From Ignavibacteria bacterium (lineage in GTDB: Bacteria; Bacteroidota; Ignavibacteria; Tepidaquicellales; Tepidaquicellaceae): a stretch of DNA of 64,000 nucleotides. The notes below the pieces were generated by a model. It was not told the origin of the DNA. It was given only the letters and a program-made list of their open reading frames with translations, and did not search any database. Position numbers and translations under genes: made by a program. Positions 26,478 to 36,157 of the stretch are shown one piece after another; the first letter of the stretch is position 1; each line of letters begins with the position of its first letter. Location: NCBI GenBank assembly GCA_015657505.1, contig JADLKE010000002.1, positions 190,067-254,066 on the forward strand, in the 5' to 3' direction.

Positions 26478-29400
26478 TTATTTTACAAGTATCATTCTCT
26501 TCACGTCAACGAAATCTTTAGATTCCAGGCGGTAGAAATAAACGCCGCTGGAGAATTCCGCACCGTTGAAATCAACAGAGTAAATTCCCGCCTGTTTCAC
26601 CTCGTTTACCAGCGTCCTGATTTCCCTTCCGAGCACGTCGTATATTTTAAGCGTTACGAGTCCCTGTTTCGGAAGAGCGAAATTAATCTTCGTTACGGGA
26701 TTGAACGGATTAGGATAATTCTGCGCCAGTTCATACTTATCGGGAATCGCGCTTGTATTGCCGCTGAGACCCGTAAGAGTTGTAAGCGTGAAGCATACGT
26801 TCGGTCTGTTCGACTGCGCAGAGCCGCTCGTCATCGTACAGCCTGTCTGGTTATCCGTATAATATCCCCGCGTCATGTTTGGAGCGGCTGTCGAATAAAC
26901 AGGCGAATAGGCTGTGTACGAAGAATTATCGAAGCATACCTCAACGAGAAGGTTGCTCGTCCCGTCGTACGCAAAATACGGAGTGGTCATATTAATATAC
27001 TGCCAGCCCGTTCCGGGTACCGTATAGGTTCCCGTGAATCCCGTCGTCCAGCCTGATGTCACCCAGGCGGAAAGGGACGTGAGAGAGGTATGCTGGAATT
27101 TCACGCTGAACCCGCTCATTAACTGGCTCGATGCCGAGATAACGTTGAATCCGATTTTTGTAATCGCGCTGTTGACAGCCGCGCCGCCTGCCGTAAGTTC
27201 GGCGGCTGTGAAGAGCATCTGTGTCCTTCCGTCCATCCAGTAAGTGGTGAACGGATAGTTCGAAGTTGCAGATCCGGTTCCGATACAGCAGTTGACCAGA
27301 TTTATTATCTTGAATTTATATACACCGGTTGAATCCGTGTTGTGCATGCTTGAGTTGTCTCTTGCGAAAATTCTGTAGAATACAGAGTCGTTGTAATTCA
27401 CCTGCGGCTGCGAAGAATTGAACGCGGCGGCGAAATTCGAACCGGATGTATTCAGCAATTTGAAATGCTTTATTCCCGTCGATGTGTTGTTGATGTACCA
27501 GCGCACCCATACGGAGTCAATTCCAATATTATCCGTCGCAGATGCCGTCACTGTTGCCGGCCATACCGATTTTGGAACGTCCTGTAAACCAGTATGAGTT
27601 ATTACAGGCTTTACGTTATCAGTTGACGCGGTAAATGAGTAATAGTTCGCCGGAGCGCCGCCCGGAGCCTTTGCTGTTCTTCCCAACGAGTCGATTGTGC
27701 TGATGTAATATCTGTAAACCGCTGACGAACCGTTTCCGGGAATGCTTGCCGACCAGTTGAAACCGCCTGTATTGGTCATAACAATGCTGTCCGTAAAACT
27801 CGTGCCTCTTGTCCAGAAGAGTTTGGTTTTTCCGGTCACTAAACCTGAGTTCAGGGTATTTATTGTCGCGTTCACTACGTACGGTCCCGCAAGGTTTTCG
27901 GTATTCGGAAGTTGATTGTGTGTGATTGCAGGTCCTAAAGGTACTCCGCGTGTCAGAAGCAGAGAACAGTCGCCGAATATGTTGTACTGTTCCATCATCT
28001 TAAGTCCTTCACCGCTGCTGCCTCCGTTAATGTCCATCGCCGCCATGAGGCCGAAGAAAGAAATCGCTCCCGCTGTTTTCTTCGATTGTCTTCCAAGATG
28101 TCTCATCGCCGCCATTTGCATGTCGCAGGGAGGAACCCAACTTGCATTTGTAGAGGATGCGTATATCGTAACGCAGCCTTTTGCATTTGCGGTGTCGCCC
28201 GCTCTAAGCAATGCTTCGGCAAGACATTCGTTAAGTGTAAAGTTTCCGTTCAGACAGGCTACGTCAACCAGGAAGGGCTGTCTCCAGCCGTTTGCCAGCT
28301 GATACGCGTTTGATACGGAAAATCCCGTATTGCTCCAGGATGTTCCCGAACCGTGACCGATATAGTTCAATACGTACCTTCCGTCGTTCAGACTATTTAT
28401 GAGCGTCTGAGGCGTCGCAACCGGTCCGTTTACTTTATCGACCTGTGTGAATCCGTGAGCCATAAGCGTGTCTCTTACCCAGTTCATTCTGATTGAATCG
28501 GCATACGGAGGCGAACCGCCAACATCCGGACCGCCGATTCCGGTACCTTTTGTATACCACGATGCGCCGAATTCTATATCTCTTTCAAACTTAATAAATT
28601 TCTTCGCGACGTAATCAACGCTAGCCGCGTTCTGACAGGAAATTCTCGAAATGAACGCGTCGGGATAAGCGTCATTTCCCGCCAGTTTTACATAGCAGGG
28701 ATCCGATGGAGCGGATTCGTACTGACCGTTCAAGGTCGGAACATCCGCAACGTCACCGACTAATATAATGTACGTTACGGAACCCGCGGAATTGTACATG
28801 TTCTGTATGTATGTCTTTATCGCCGTGTTTCCCGTTCCGGTCGCTGCCGGATATTCCGCTACGGTTACATTCAGTCCTCTCGATTGTTTCCATTGCACGA
28901 GCGGCTGTATTGCCGTCATGTATGAAGTCGGACATATAATAAGCATCTTGCCGGGTTCGGGTATCGAGTCGTATCTTGAATCTCCCGTACCGTAATTCAG
29001 GAACATGTCCCTGTAAATTCCCGCGAACTCGCTCGATACTCTTGTCAGGGGATTCAACCTGAGCAGAGGATTCACGACTTTTTTATTATTGTCAGAAAAG
29101 ATTTCTACCGTTATTTTCTTTGTAATTTTCAGTTTGCCCTGCACGGGATTATATTGCATGGGATTAAACTGAACGACCATTCCCCTGAAGTCCCTTAAAA
29201 CATACGGAGTGTCAAAGGAAATATTATCTTTCGGATAATAACTGTCCGTTGTATATACACCGCTGAAAGTGTAAGGAACGGTATTGGGGTCAATGTCTCT
29301 CGTGAAATGCCCTTTTGAAGGCATCACGGGAAGAGTGGAGACTGTTTCCGTTTCCTGAGAAAGTATCCTGTAATTCATCGCCGTGTTGTCGGGAATCAGT

Positions 29401-29681
29401 AGGCTTCTCTTGTAAGTAAGCAATTCAGGATTGCCTTTCTCCATCAGCCACGACATATCGGGCGCGGACACGGAGATATAAGTGCTGCCGTTAATTTTTA
29501 TTTCCTTCGAATCGAATCCGCCGAATACATACTCAAGTTTAGTGTATCCGCTTCTTGATTCGATTACCTTTACCGTTATACCTTCACCTGCGCCGCTTTG
29601 CGGAACAACATTCGTAAATGCAGAATTTGAAAATGCAAACAGAAGCGCAAGGATAAATTGGGGAAGTAGATGTTTCATCAT
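26478..29681 (-). CDS. C25 (gingipain-family) cysteine peptidase with propeptide-like N-domain, Ig-like domains and T9SS CTD
   Basis: 1067 aa with a signal peptide and a Propeptide_C25-like N-terminus (...VLRDFRGMVVQFNPMQYNP...). The C25 core has YIILVGDVADVPT, PSDPCYV and His/Cys motifs NYIGHGSGTSW / VDVACLNGNF. C-terminal LAQNYPNPFNPVTKI...KRMILVK. Confidence 0.8.
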   Translation of the reverse strand: MMKHLLPQFILALLFAFSNSAFTNVVPQSGAGEGITVKVIESRSGYTKLEYVFGGFDSKEIKINGSTYISVSAPDMSWLMEKGNPELLTYKRSLLIPDNTAMNYRILSQETETVSTLPVMPSKGHFTRDIDPNTVPYTFSGVYTTDSYYPKDNISFDTPYVLRDFRGMVVQFNPMQYNPVQGKLKITKKITVEIFSDNNKKVVNPLLRLNPLTRVSSEFAGIYRDMFLNYGTGDSRYDSIPEPGKMLIICPTSYMTAIQPLVQWKQSRGLNVTVAEYPAATGTGNTAIKTYIQNMYNSAGSVTYIILVGDVADVPTLNGQYESAPSDPCYVKLAGNDAYPDAFISRISCQNAASVDYVAKKFIKFERDIEFGASWYTKGTGIGGPDVGGSPPYADSIRMNWVRDTLMAHGFTQVDKVNGPVATPQTLINSLNDGRYVLNYIGHGSGTSWSNTGFSVSNAYQLANGWRQPFLVDVACLNGNFTLNECLAEALLRAGDTANAKGCVTIYASSTNASWVPPCDMQMAAMRHLGRQSKKTAGAISFFGLMAAMDINGGSSGEGLKMMEQYNIFGDCSLLLTRGVPLGPAITHNQLPNTENLAGPYVVNATINTLNSGLVTGKTKLFWTRGTSFTDSIVMTNTGGFNWSASIPGNGSSAVYRYYISTIDSLGRTAKAPGGAPANYYSFTASTDNVKPVITHTGLQDVPKSVWPATVTASATDNIGIDSVWVRWYINNTSTGIKHFKLLNTSGSNFAAAFNSSQPQVNYNDSVFYRIFARDNSSMHNTDSTGVYKFKIINLVNCCIGTGSATSNYPFTTYWMDGRTQMLFTAAELTAGGAAVNSAITKIGFNVISASSQLMSGFSVKFQHTSLTSLSAWVTSGWTTGFTGTYTVPGTGWQYINMTTPYFAYDGTSNLLVEVCFDNSSYTAYSPVYSTAAPNMTRGYYTDNQTGCTMTSGSAQSNRPNVCFTLTTLTGLSGNTSAIPDKYELAQNYPNPFNPVTKINFALPKQGLVTLKIYDVLGREIRTLVNEVKQAGIYSVDFNGAEFSSGVYFYRLESKDFVDVKRMILVK

Positions 29682-29931
29682 AATATATGATTATAATTTT
29701 ATTATTCTTTAATTTATGAAAGATATTTTCTTCTTGAAAGTGGAAAATATCGAATGCGGAACATTATAGTTCACTTTTTTATGGCGTATTATTGATCCTG
29801 TAATTCTTTAATATAATGAGATGATTGCTTTACCGACGGAATATCGCTTGATTTATCCCGTATCGCGCGGGAAATCGATGTTTGCATGTACAGGTATTTA
29901 ATATGAATTATAAAAATAAATGGTTAGTATA

Positions 29932-29968
29932 ATAAAAAATCCGGTTATCGCTCTGCAACAACCGGATT
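29932..29968 (-). terminator. probable terminator of the 42282->30073 gene array
   Basis: AATCCGGTT-13 nt loop-AACCGGATT followed by T6 on the minus strand, about 105 nt after the flippase stop. Confidence 0.55.
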
Positions 29969-30072
29969 GGTTTTAAATAAGAAAGGGTAATTCTTATTTT
30001 ATCTCATCCATCTACTACAAACATAAGTACATTATTCTTATTTGTCAAGAGAAAAATAAATAAAGTTATACT

Positions 30073-31539
30073 TTAGGTGCGATTTATAAATATTGATTTT
30101 ACAGTGGTTAATTTTATAGCGCCGGATATGTTTAAAGAAAAGATAAAAAATATTATGAGGATAAATGAAATAATTATTAAAATCGTGTTACCGAAACATA
30201 ATGAGGAAATGAAATAAAGCAAATAGCAAATCCCCGCAAACACAGCAATGACAAGGATTTTGGAGGTTTCATAATCAATTTTACAAATTTTCTGCGAGCG
30301 GAAGTATAGATAGACAAGCATTATTAAGTAAGTAATCAGTGTTGAGCCCGCCGCTCCTGTCATTCCGTATTTTGGTATCAGCAGAAAATTAAGAATGATG
30401 TTGGCGATGAATCCGAAAAGGGCCGTGAGAAAGAGTTCTCCCGTTCTGTTCGCGTAAAAAGGAGCGACACTCATCGCGGAATACAAGCCGGAGAAAAAGT
30501 AAGCGAGAAGAACTATCGGTATTATTACGAGTCCGCTCTGATATCTCGCATCGAGCAGCGAAAAGTTTCCGAAAGAAATTTTTACGACCGGTGCCGTAAA
30601 GAAAGAGAACACAAGGAACATCAGGAGACCCGCGAATACAAGATACGTAAAAATTTCCGATACAAGTTTTTTGTTCTCCGGATTTTTTTCAAGATTCAGG
30701 AAGTAAGGCGTCCACGAAAATCTGAATGCCGCCACGAGCAGAGACATTACCGAGGCGAGCCTGTAACTCGCGCTGTAAATTCCGACCACTTCTTCGCTAT
30801 AAAAATACTTCAGAAAAAATCTGTCTGATATATCAATTATCAGTATGAACAAGCCGATGTAAATGAATTTGTTCCCGTACAATACAAGGCGTTTCGCCGT
30901 ATCGAAAGAGAATCTGAATGCAATGTGTCTCGCGGTAACCGCAATCCCCGCCGCGAAAGTAACAACAACCGAAATTATGTAACTGTAGAAAATCGCTTCA
31001 ACGCCCGCGCCGAAACCCGCTATCAGAGCGAAATTCGCCGCGACGTTCACGAAAACCGAGAGCAAAGTCAGGTACAGGTACTTTTTCGCGTCAAGTTCGG
31101 CTCTCAGAAGCAGCAAAGGAAAACGGAAAAGCGTATCAGTAAATAGCAGCAGAGCCAGAATTTTTAAGAGTTTGATTCCCAGTACTGAATCCTCAAATTT
31201 TATCAGTGATGAAATCGACGGAGTAAGGAAATAGAACGCGGCAGAGAAGACAAGTGATGATGCCGACAACATTATCAATGTTGTCGAATAGACAGTTTTC
31301 TTCTCCGAATCATCCCTGCTGTCAATGAAAAACTTTATGAACGCCGTTTCCTGACCGTATATATAAATCAAAATAACGAAAAGCCATACTGACTGAACAA
31401 TATTGTAAACGCCGAGTTCGGCAGGAGCGAAACAGAACGTATAAAGCGGTAGCAGCAGGAATGATATCGCTTTGTTAGCGAACAGACCTATGCCGTATAT
31501 CGCGGTTTGAGAGAACAATTCTTTTACGTGCCTGCTCAA
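30073..31539 (-). CDS. Wzx/MOP-type oligosaccharide flippase
   Basis: 488 aa with ~12-14 TM and a polysaccharide-biosynthesis-protein N-terminus (FSQTAIYGIGLFANKAISFLLLPLYT). Confidence 0.8.
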   Translation of the reverse strand: MSRHVKELFSQTAIYGIGLFANKAISFLLLPLYTFCFAPAELGVYNIVQSVWLFVILIYIYGQETAFIKFFIDSRDDSEKKTVYSTTLIMLSASSLVFSAAFYFLTPSISSLIKFEDSVLGIKLLKILALLLFTDTLFRFPLLLLRAELDAKKYLYLTLLSVFVNVAANFALIAGFGAGVEAIFYSYIISVVVTFAAGIAVTARHIAFRFSFDTAKRLVLYGNKFIYIGLFILIIDISDRFFLKYFYSEEVVGIYSASYRLASVMSLLVAAFRFSWTPYFLNLEKNPENKKLVSEIFTYLVFAGLLMFLVFSFFTAPVVKISFGNFSLLDARYQSGLVIIPIVLLAYFFSGLYSAMSVAPFYANRTGELFLTALFGFIANIILNFLLIPKYGMTGAAGSTLITYLIMLVYLYFRSQKICKIDYETSKILVIAVFAGICYLLYFISSLCFGNTILIIISFILIIFFIFSLNISGAIKLTTVKSIFINRT

Positions 31540-32588
31540 ATTCCGTTCTCCGAATATAATTCTTCAAGCCTCTTGTTGACACTTTCAAACGAATGATATT
31601 TTTCCGCCCACGCTCTTCCTTTTTCGGAATAATCTCTGAGAATCGATTTATTCTCGAGAATACCCGCGATAGTGTTCTTCAATCCGTCTATATCCGAGCA
31701 AATAAATGGATTTTCAGGAATGAAATTCAGATACTCCTCGTAGAATTCCGTTATTGTCGGAAGACCCATAGACAGATTTTCAATAGAGTTTTTTCCGTAT
31801 CCCGAACCGCCCATCAGACCACCGACCTGGTCAATCGCGAGGCTGCAGCCGCGTTTAATTTCGAGCAGTTTCGAGCGGGAAACGTTTTCAGCGAGAATGA
31901 ACTCGAAATCGTATTTCCTTTTCAACTCTTCGATAACCGGTATAATCCTGTCCGTTCCTTTATACAGGCGGTTTGTCGGGGAATGTATTATTTTAACCTT
32001 GTCCTCAACATTAAAACGGTATTCGAATTTCTTCACGTCAAAAGGAAAGAAAAGATAATTGATATTCTTGTGTAATCTTATGTGGTCAAACTCAACGGTA
32101 AGATTCAGCCTGCTCATTTCGTCGAGTTCGCGGAATATGCCGCGCGTTCTCAAATCGCTTCCGAAATAACAGCAGACAATTTTCTTCCCGAGTTTATTTA
32201 TCTCTTTAGCGAATCTCAGGTCCCTGTAGAAGTCCATTCCCCCGTCGAAATGATAAACGTCAAAATCATAGAGTTTATTTTCTTCGATGAACTTTTCAAT
32301 TTTGCTTGTATTTTTCAGGTCGCGGAGTTTGAAATATATTTTCTCCGCGGTATTTTTTGGCTCGTAATACTTGAGGCTTGTAATCTTTGAATCCCGCCAT
32401 TGCTTGGCAATCCTGCCCGAGGGAAGTCTGAAGCCGAGAGTGAGGTCTTCGTCGAAGTTCAGCGTGTTTTGATAAATCGTTACGAGTCTTGCATAGTGGC
32501 CGTTTTCGGACTGCATCCTCGCGAAATCAAGCGGCATTCCCGCAAAGTTCTGAGGAGCTATATGTAATATGCGCTTACTCAACGCCAA
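31536..32588 (-). CDS. putative GT-B fold glycosyltransferase
   Basis: 350 aa. C-terminal half resembles GT1/GT4 donor-binding region (YGKNSIENLSMGLPTITEF). 4-nt overlap with the flippase. Weak assignment. Confidence 0.45.
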   Translation of the reverse strand: MALSKRILHIAPQNFAGMPLDFARMQSENGHYARLVTIYQNTLNFDEDLTLGFRLPSGRIAKQWRDSKITSLKYYEPKNTAEKIYFKLRDLKNTSKIEKFIEENKLYDFDVYHFDGGMDFYRDLRFAKEINKLGKKIVCCYFGSDLRTRGIFRELDEMSRLNLTVEFDHIRLHKNINYLFFPFDVKKFEYRFNVEDKVKIIHSPTNRLYKGTDRIIPVIEELKRKYDFEFILAENVSRSKLLEIKRGCSLAIDQVGGLMGGSGYGKNSIENLSMGLPTITEFYEEYLNFIPENPFICSDIDGLKNTIAGILENKSILRDYSEKGRAWAEKYHSFESVNKRLEELYSENGI

Positions 32589-33312
32589 GCAGTCTTGATA
32601 TATTTCGGTGAAATATCAATTCTTTTTCTTCGCTGCTAATGTTTAGACTTTCGATAACAGGTATGTACATTTTCGGAAGTCCGAGATTGTAATCGCTTCC
32701 GAATATTACCCTATCAGCGCCGACAGTCTTCACGACCTGATTCACGAAATGGAATTCCCTTACGGATTCCGTTCCGAGATAAACGTTCTTCAGTCCGCTC
32801 TCTTTTACCGCGGCCGCGCAGGACGTGCAAAGCGAAGGCTGGTCGCCTCCGAGATGCGCTATTATAACGTTAAGTTTCTTTCTTTTCTTCGCCGCCTCAA
32901 TCGGGTACTCAAAACCCGCTATTTCCTGCCATCTTCCGCAGTGAACGATGACGGGGAAATTATTCTCTTCGGCAATATCAAGATACTTCGCGTATGCCTT
33001 ATCCGTCACCCTCTTTTTCTGAAACGAGGGATGTATCTTGAATGCTTTGATATCTTTCAGGTTCTTTTCAATGAATGAATCCAGTTTTTCGTCATCGGGA
33101 TTAATCCAGCAAGCGAAATGAAACGTGAACTCTTTCTGAGATTTGATTTCATTCAGAAGTTCTTCGTTCATAAAGGTGTCGCACGGCAGAGCAACGGCTG
33201 AATCAATTCCAGAGTCTTTCATAACTTTAACAGCATCGCTGACCGTCGTGGCGTAGTCAAGAAACACCCCGCTCCATTTCCCGATATGTATGTGTCCGTC
33301 AATGATCTTCAA
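32575..33312 (-). CDS. amidohydrolase-family metal-dependent hydrolase (TIM barrel)
   Basis: 245 aa with N-terminal IDGHIHIG metal motif, VIVHCG and a ...FGSDY tail. Confidence 0.65.
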   Translation of the reverse strand: MKIIDGHIHIGKWSGVFLDYATTVSDAVKVMKDSGIDSAVALPCDTFMNEELLNEIKSQKEFTFHFACWINPDDEKLDSFIEKNLKDIKAFKIHPSFQKKRVTDKAYAKYLDIAEENNFPVIVHCGRWQEIAGFEYPIEAAKKRKKLNVIIAHLGGDQPSLCTSCAAAVKESGLKNVYLGTESVREFHFVNQVVKTVGADRVIFGSDYNLGLPKMYIPVIESLNISSEEKELIFHRNISRLLGVE

Positions 33313-34222
33313 TTGAAACTGTCCCCTTTTTTAAACGTTTCTTTATAATTTATTTCCTCCAGATTTTCATCCCTTACATCGTAGTTCATTATGTAACCGT
33401 CCTTGCATCTTACGATTATGTAGTCTTCGTTTACGTCCGCGATCACTCCCGGCTTCTCACCGGAATCGCCTGCCGGATAAGGTTTCGAACGGAGTATCAG
33501 AAATTTTTTCCCGCCGAACCCGGTAAATGCCGTAGGATACGGGTGCGCGAGTGCTCTGATTTTATTATAAACCGTTTTGACGCTTTCGTTCCAGTCAATT
33601 TTCCTTTCGGCATCCGTAATCATCCTGTTCGCTTTTTCCTTGCGAGGAGGTTTCTGCTTTCTGAAAATGTCCTTCTTTCCGGAAATTAATTTTTCGAAAA
33701 CTTCAATAAGAAGGTTCGCGCAGTTGAATGAACACTTGTAATAAAGCGTGTTCACGTCGTCCTCGTCATCAATTATAACGCTCTTCTCGAGAAGTATATC
33801 ACCCGAATCCACTCCGCTGTCAATCTTGTGAATAGTCAGGTACAGAGTATCGTTTCCGTCCATAATCGCGCGCGATATGGGAGCCCTTCCCCTGTATTCA
33901 GGAAGTTTGCCGCAATGTATGTTCAGTATTCCGTATACAGGAACATTAAAGACGTCTTCTTTTATTATCTCCATGAAACCCGCGCAAATACCGGCGTCGA
34001 ACCCTGTGAATCTTTCCTTGATTTCGGAAATGCTGTCCGTCTTTATGAGTTCTATTCCGTGCGCGCCGCAGAGGCTATCAATCTTTTCGTAGAATTTATG
34101 CTTTTGATTTTCATAATCGTACGTCCTGTGAGTTACAACAAAAGCGGGGGATATTTCATCATTATAAGGTCGTTAAGGCACCTCAGGCTCATTTCTCCGT
34201 ATGCAAGAAAAAAATATTTCAT
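33309..34222 (-). CDS. ArnA-N-like sugar-nucleotide formyltransferase, interrupted by a -1 homopolymer frameshift
   Basis: The track ORF 33309..33974 begins just before the NIHCGKLPEYRGRAP active-site motif (formyltransferase HxSLLPxxRG type). The missing N-terminal domain is encoded upstream from ATG 34222 (MKYFFLAYGEMSLRCLNDLIMMKYPP). The frame is lost in the G5 run 34146-34150, and one extra base restores a 304-aa protein. Confidence 0.7.
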
Positions 34223-35184
34223 TTGTTAAAATATTTTTTGTACCATTTGTACGTTCTTAAAATTCCTTCCGTCAAATCAATCTTAGGCTTGAAGCCGAGA
34301 ACTTTCTGCGCTTTCTCTATGCTCGGTATCCTTAGTTCGACGTCAACGTAATTCTTCGGTATGTATTTAATCTTCGATTTCGTTCCCGTCAGAAGCACAA
34401 TTTTTTCGGCAAGCGAACTGATTGTTATCGTGCCTTTTGGATTTCCAATATTGTATATTTCACCAACCGCCTTTTTGTTAGTCAGGCAAAGAATAGTTCC
34501 CTCAATCATGTCATCGATATAGCACCACGCTCTTATCTGGTCGCCGTCGCCGTGTATATGTATGTCTTTATTAAGAACCGCGTTCTTTATAAAAATCTGA
34601 ATGGCGCCTTCGCCAATCTGCCCCGGTCCGTAAATGTTGTAAGGTCTGATTGACACGGCGGGATATCCTCTCGTCTTATAATAACTGTAAAGCAAATGCT
34701 CGCCGGAAACCTTGCTTATAGAATAAGTCCATCTCCCTTCACCGACCGGAGCGAGGTTCGTGTTCGATTTCTCGCTTGATTTATAGGCGTACGCGCCGAG
34801 GACTTCGCTGGTAGAAAAATTGACGACCCGTTCGAGTTTGCCGCTGTATTTTTCGAGAGCCCTGACGAAATTAAACGTGCCGAGTATGTTTACTTCCATG
34901 GTTTTTACCGGATTGTTTATCACTGTATCGACGCCCGCTATCGCGGCGAGATGCAGGGCAATCTGCGGCTTGAAATCTTCAGTTGCTTTCTTCAACGCTT
35001 CGTAATCGGTTATGTCGCCGTTGACGATTTTGACGTTCTTTAGATTAATCTTCTTATACTTGAGTGAATCCCTCGCGAAAATGTCGTAAATCAGTATTTC
35101 ATTTTCCTTGCTGAACAACTCTGCGAGCCTGCTGCCTATGAATCCGCCTCCGCCCGTTAGCAGTATTCTTTTATTCTTAATCAT
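34219..35184 (-). CDS. NAD-dependent SDR, ArnA-C-like UDP-glucuronate (oxidative) decarboxylase/epimerase family
   Basis: 321 aa with TGGGGFIGSRL, STSEVLG and RWTYSISK (compare the RWIYSVSK catalytic region of E. coli ArnA as I recall it). Confidence 0.65.
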   Translation of the reverse strand: MIKNKRILLTGGGGFIGSRLAELFSKENEILIYDIFARDSLKYKKINLKNVKIVNGDITDYEALKKATEDFKPQIALHLAAIAGVDTVINNPVKTMEVNILGTFNFVRALEKYSGKLERVVNFSTSEVLGAYAYKSSEKSNTNLAPVGEGRWTYSISKVSGEHLLYSYYKTRGYPAVSIRPYNIYGPGQIGEGAIQIFIKNAVLNKDIHIHGDGDQIRAWCYIDDMIEGTILCLTNKKAVGEIYNIGNPKGTITISSLAEKIVLLTGTKSKIKYIPKNYVDVELRIPSIEKAQKVLGFKPKIDLTEGILRTYKWYKKYFNK

Positions 35185-35191
35185 GATTTTT

Positions 35192-36157
35192 CTATAAATT
35201 TAATGTATAACTTTTTCTTAAAAATCCGTCCGCCATGAACTTTTTCTTGAAGTCGAAAAGACCCTGCAGCAGTTCATTTCCGACGTTCGAAGTACCGATA
35301 TCGTAAAGCCTGAAATTATTCAGTTTTGACCATTCAATTGTCTTGTAAAGCAGGTAGTCCGAGACCCTGTCCTTCTTGTGCTCCTCGTCCGCGGCGAGAT
35401 AGAAATTCAGCACGACATCGTTCTTGACGAGAAACAAAGTGCAAATACCCGCTATCTGTCCGTTTACGCTTGCCGTGAATAGTTTTACCCTTTCGCTCAA
35501 TACGGTTTTCAGATAAACAAGTTCCTCGAGCGTGTGTGTAGGCTTGACATGCTTCAATTCCCTGTTCGCGTAAAGTATCCCGTAAAAATCGCGAAGGCTG
35601 TCTTCGGTTATGTTCTCTTCTATCAGGTCAATCCCGATAATCTTCGCTGATTTCTGTATCGACCTTTTCTTCGGATTCTTTAGTTTCTCAAATTCGAAAC
35701 TTTTCAGGTCCACGATGTTGGTTATCGAATATCTCGTAACGTTGAATCCAGAAAGAATGAGCGCGTACTCGTATTCCTCATTCGCGTTCCTGTGGTATAT
35801 GTACGGGGAGTTCCTGATAAGGCACTTCTTGAATTTCTGAGACTGAAGGTACTCCCTGAACTTGCCGATTGCTTCAATGAAATCGGTTATCTTAAGTTTG
35901 TCTCTCCACAGGAAGCCTCCGAAACTCACACCGTCGCAGGAAACGTATGACTTGCCTTCATTATCCGTGATTTCGTTGCCCGGAATTATCGCGATGATTT
36001 TGTTTTTATCCCTGAAAAGCAGATGATGCCATTTGATGTTCTTCCTGAAAATATCGTTGTAGCAAAGGAACCTCTTGTCGTAGAACATGTTATAATCCGC
36101 AGCGAGAAACTCATCCCACTCATGGCTTTTTGATATGTCTATTCTTTCTATTTCCAA
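35192..36157 (-). CDS. FemAB-like / GNAT-fold (aminoacyl or acyl) transferase
   Basis: 321 aa. C-terminal pattern LLYKTIEWSKLNNFRLYDIGTSN...GLFDFKKKF is typical of the FemAB-like acetyltransferase family. Confidence 0.5.
   Translation of the reverse strand: MEIERIDISKSHEWDEFLAADYNMFYDKRFLCYNDIFRKNIKWHHLLFRDKNKIIAIIPGNEITDNEGKSYVSCDGVSFGGFLWRDKLKITDFIEAIGKFREYLQSQKFKKCLIRNSPYIYHRNANEEYEYALILSGFNVTRYSITNIVDLKSFEFEKLKNPKKRSIQKSAKIIGIDLIEENITEDSLRDFYGILYANRELKHVKPTHTLEELVYLKTVLSERVKLFTASVNGQIAGICTLFLVKNDVVLNFYLAADEEHKKDRVSDYLLYKTIEWSKLNNFRLYDIGTSNVGNELLQGLFDFKKKFMADGFLRKSYTLNL

Noticed and set aside
26478-29681. Calling the C25 protein PorU outright.
   Set aside because: A gingipain-type propeptide-like N-domain and a canonical cargo CTD fit a secreted protease equally well. 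It is kept as an open question in the findings.
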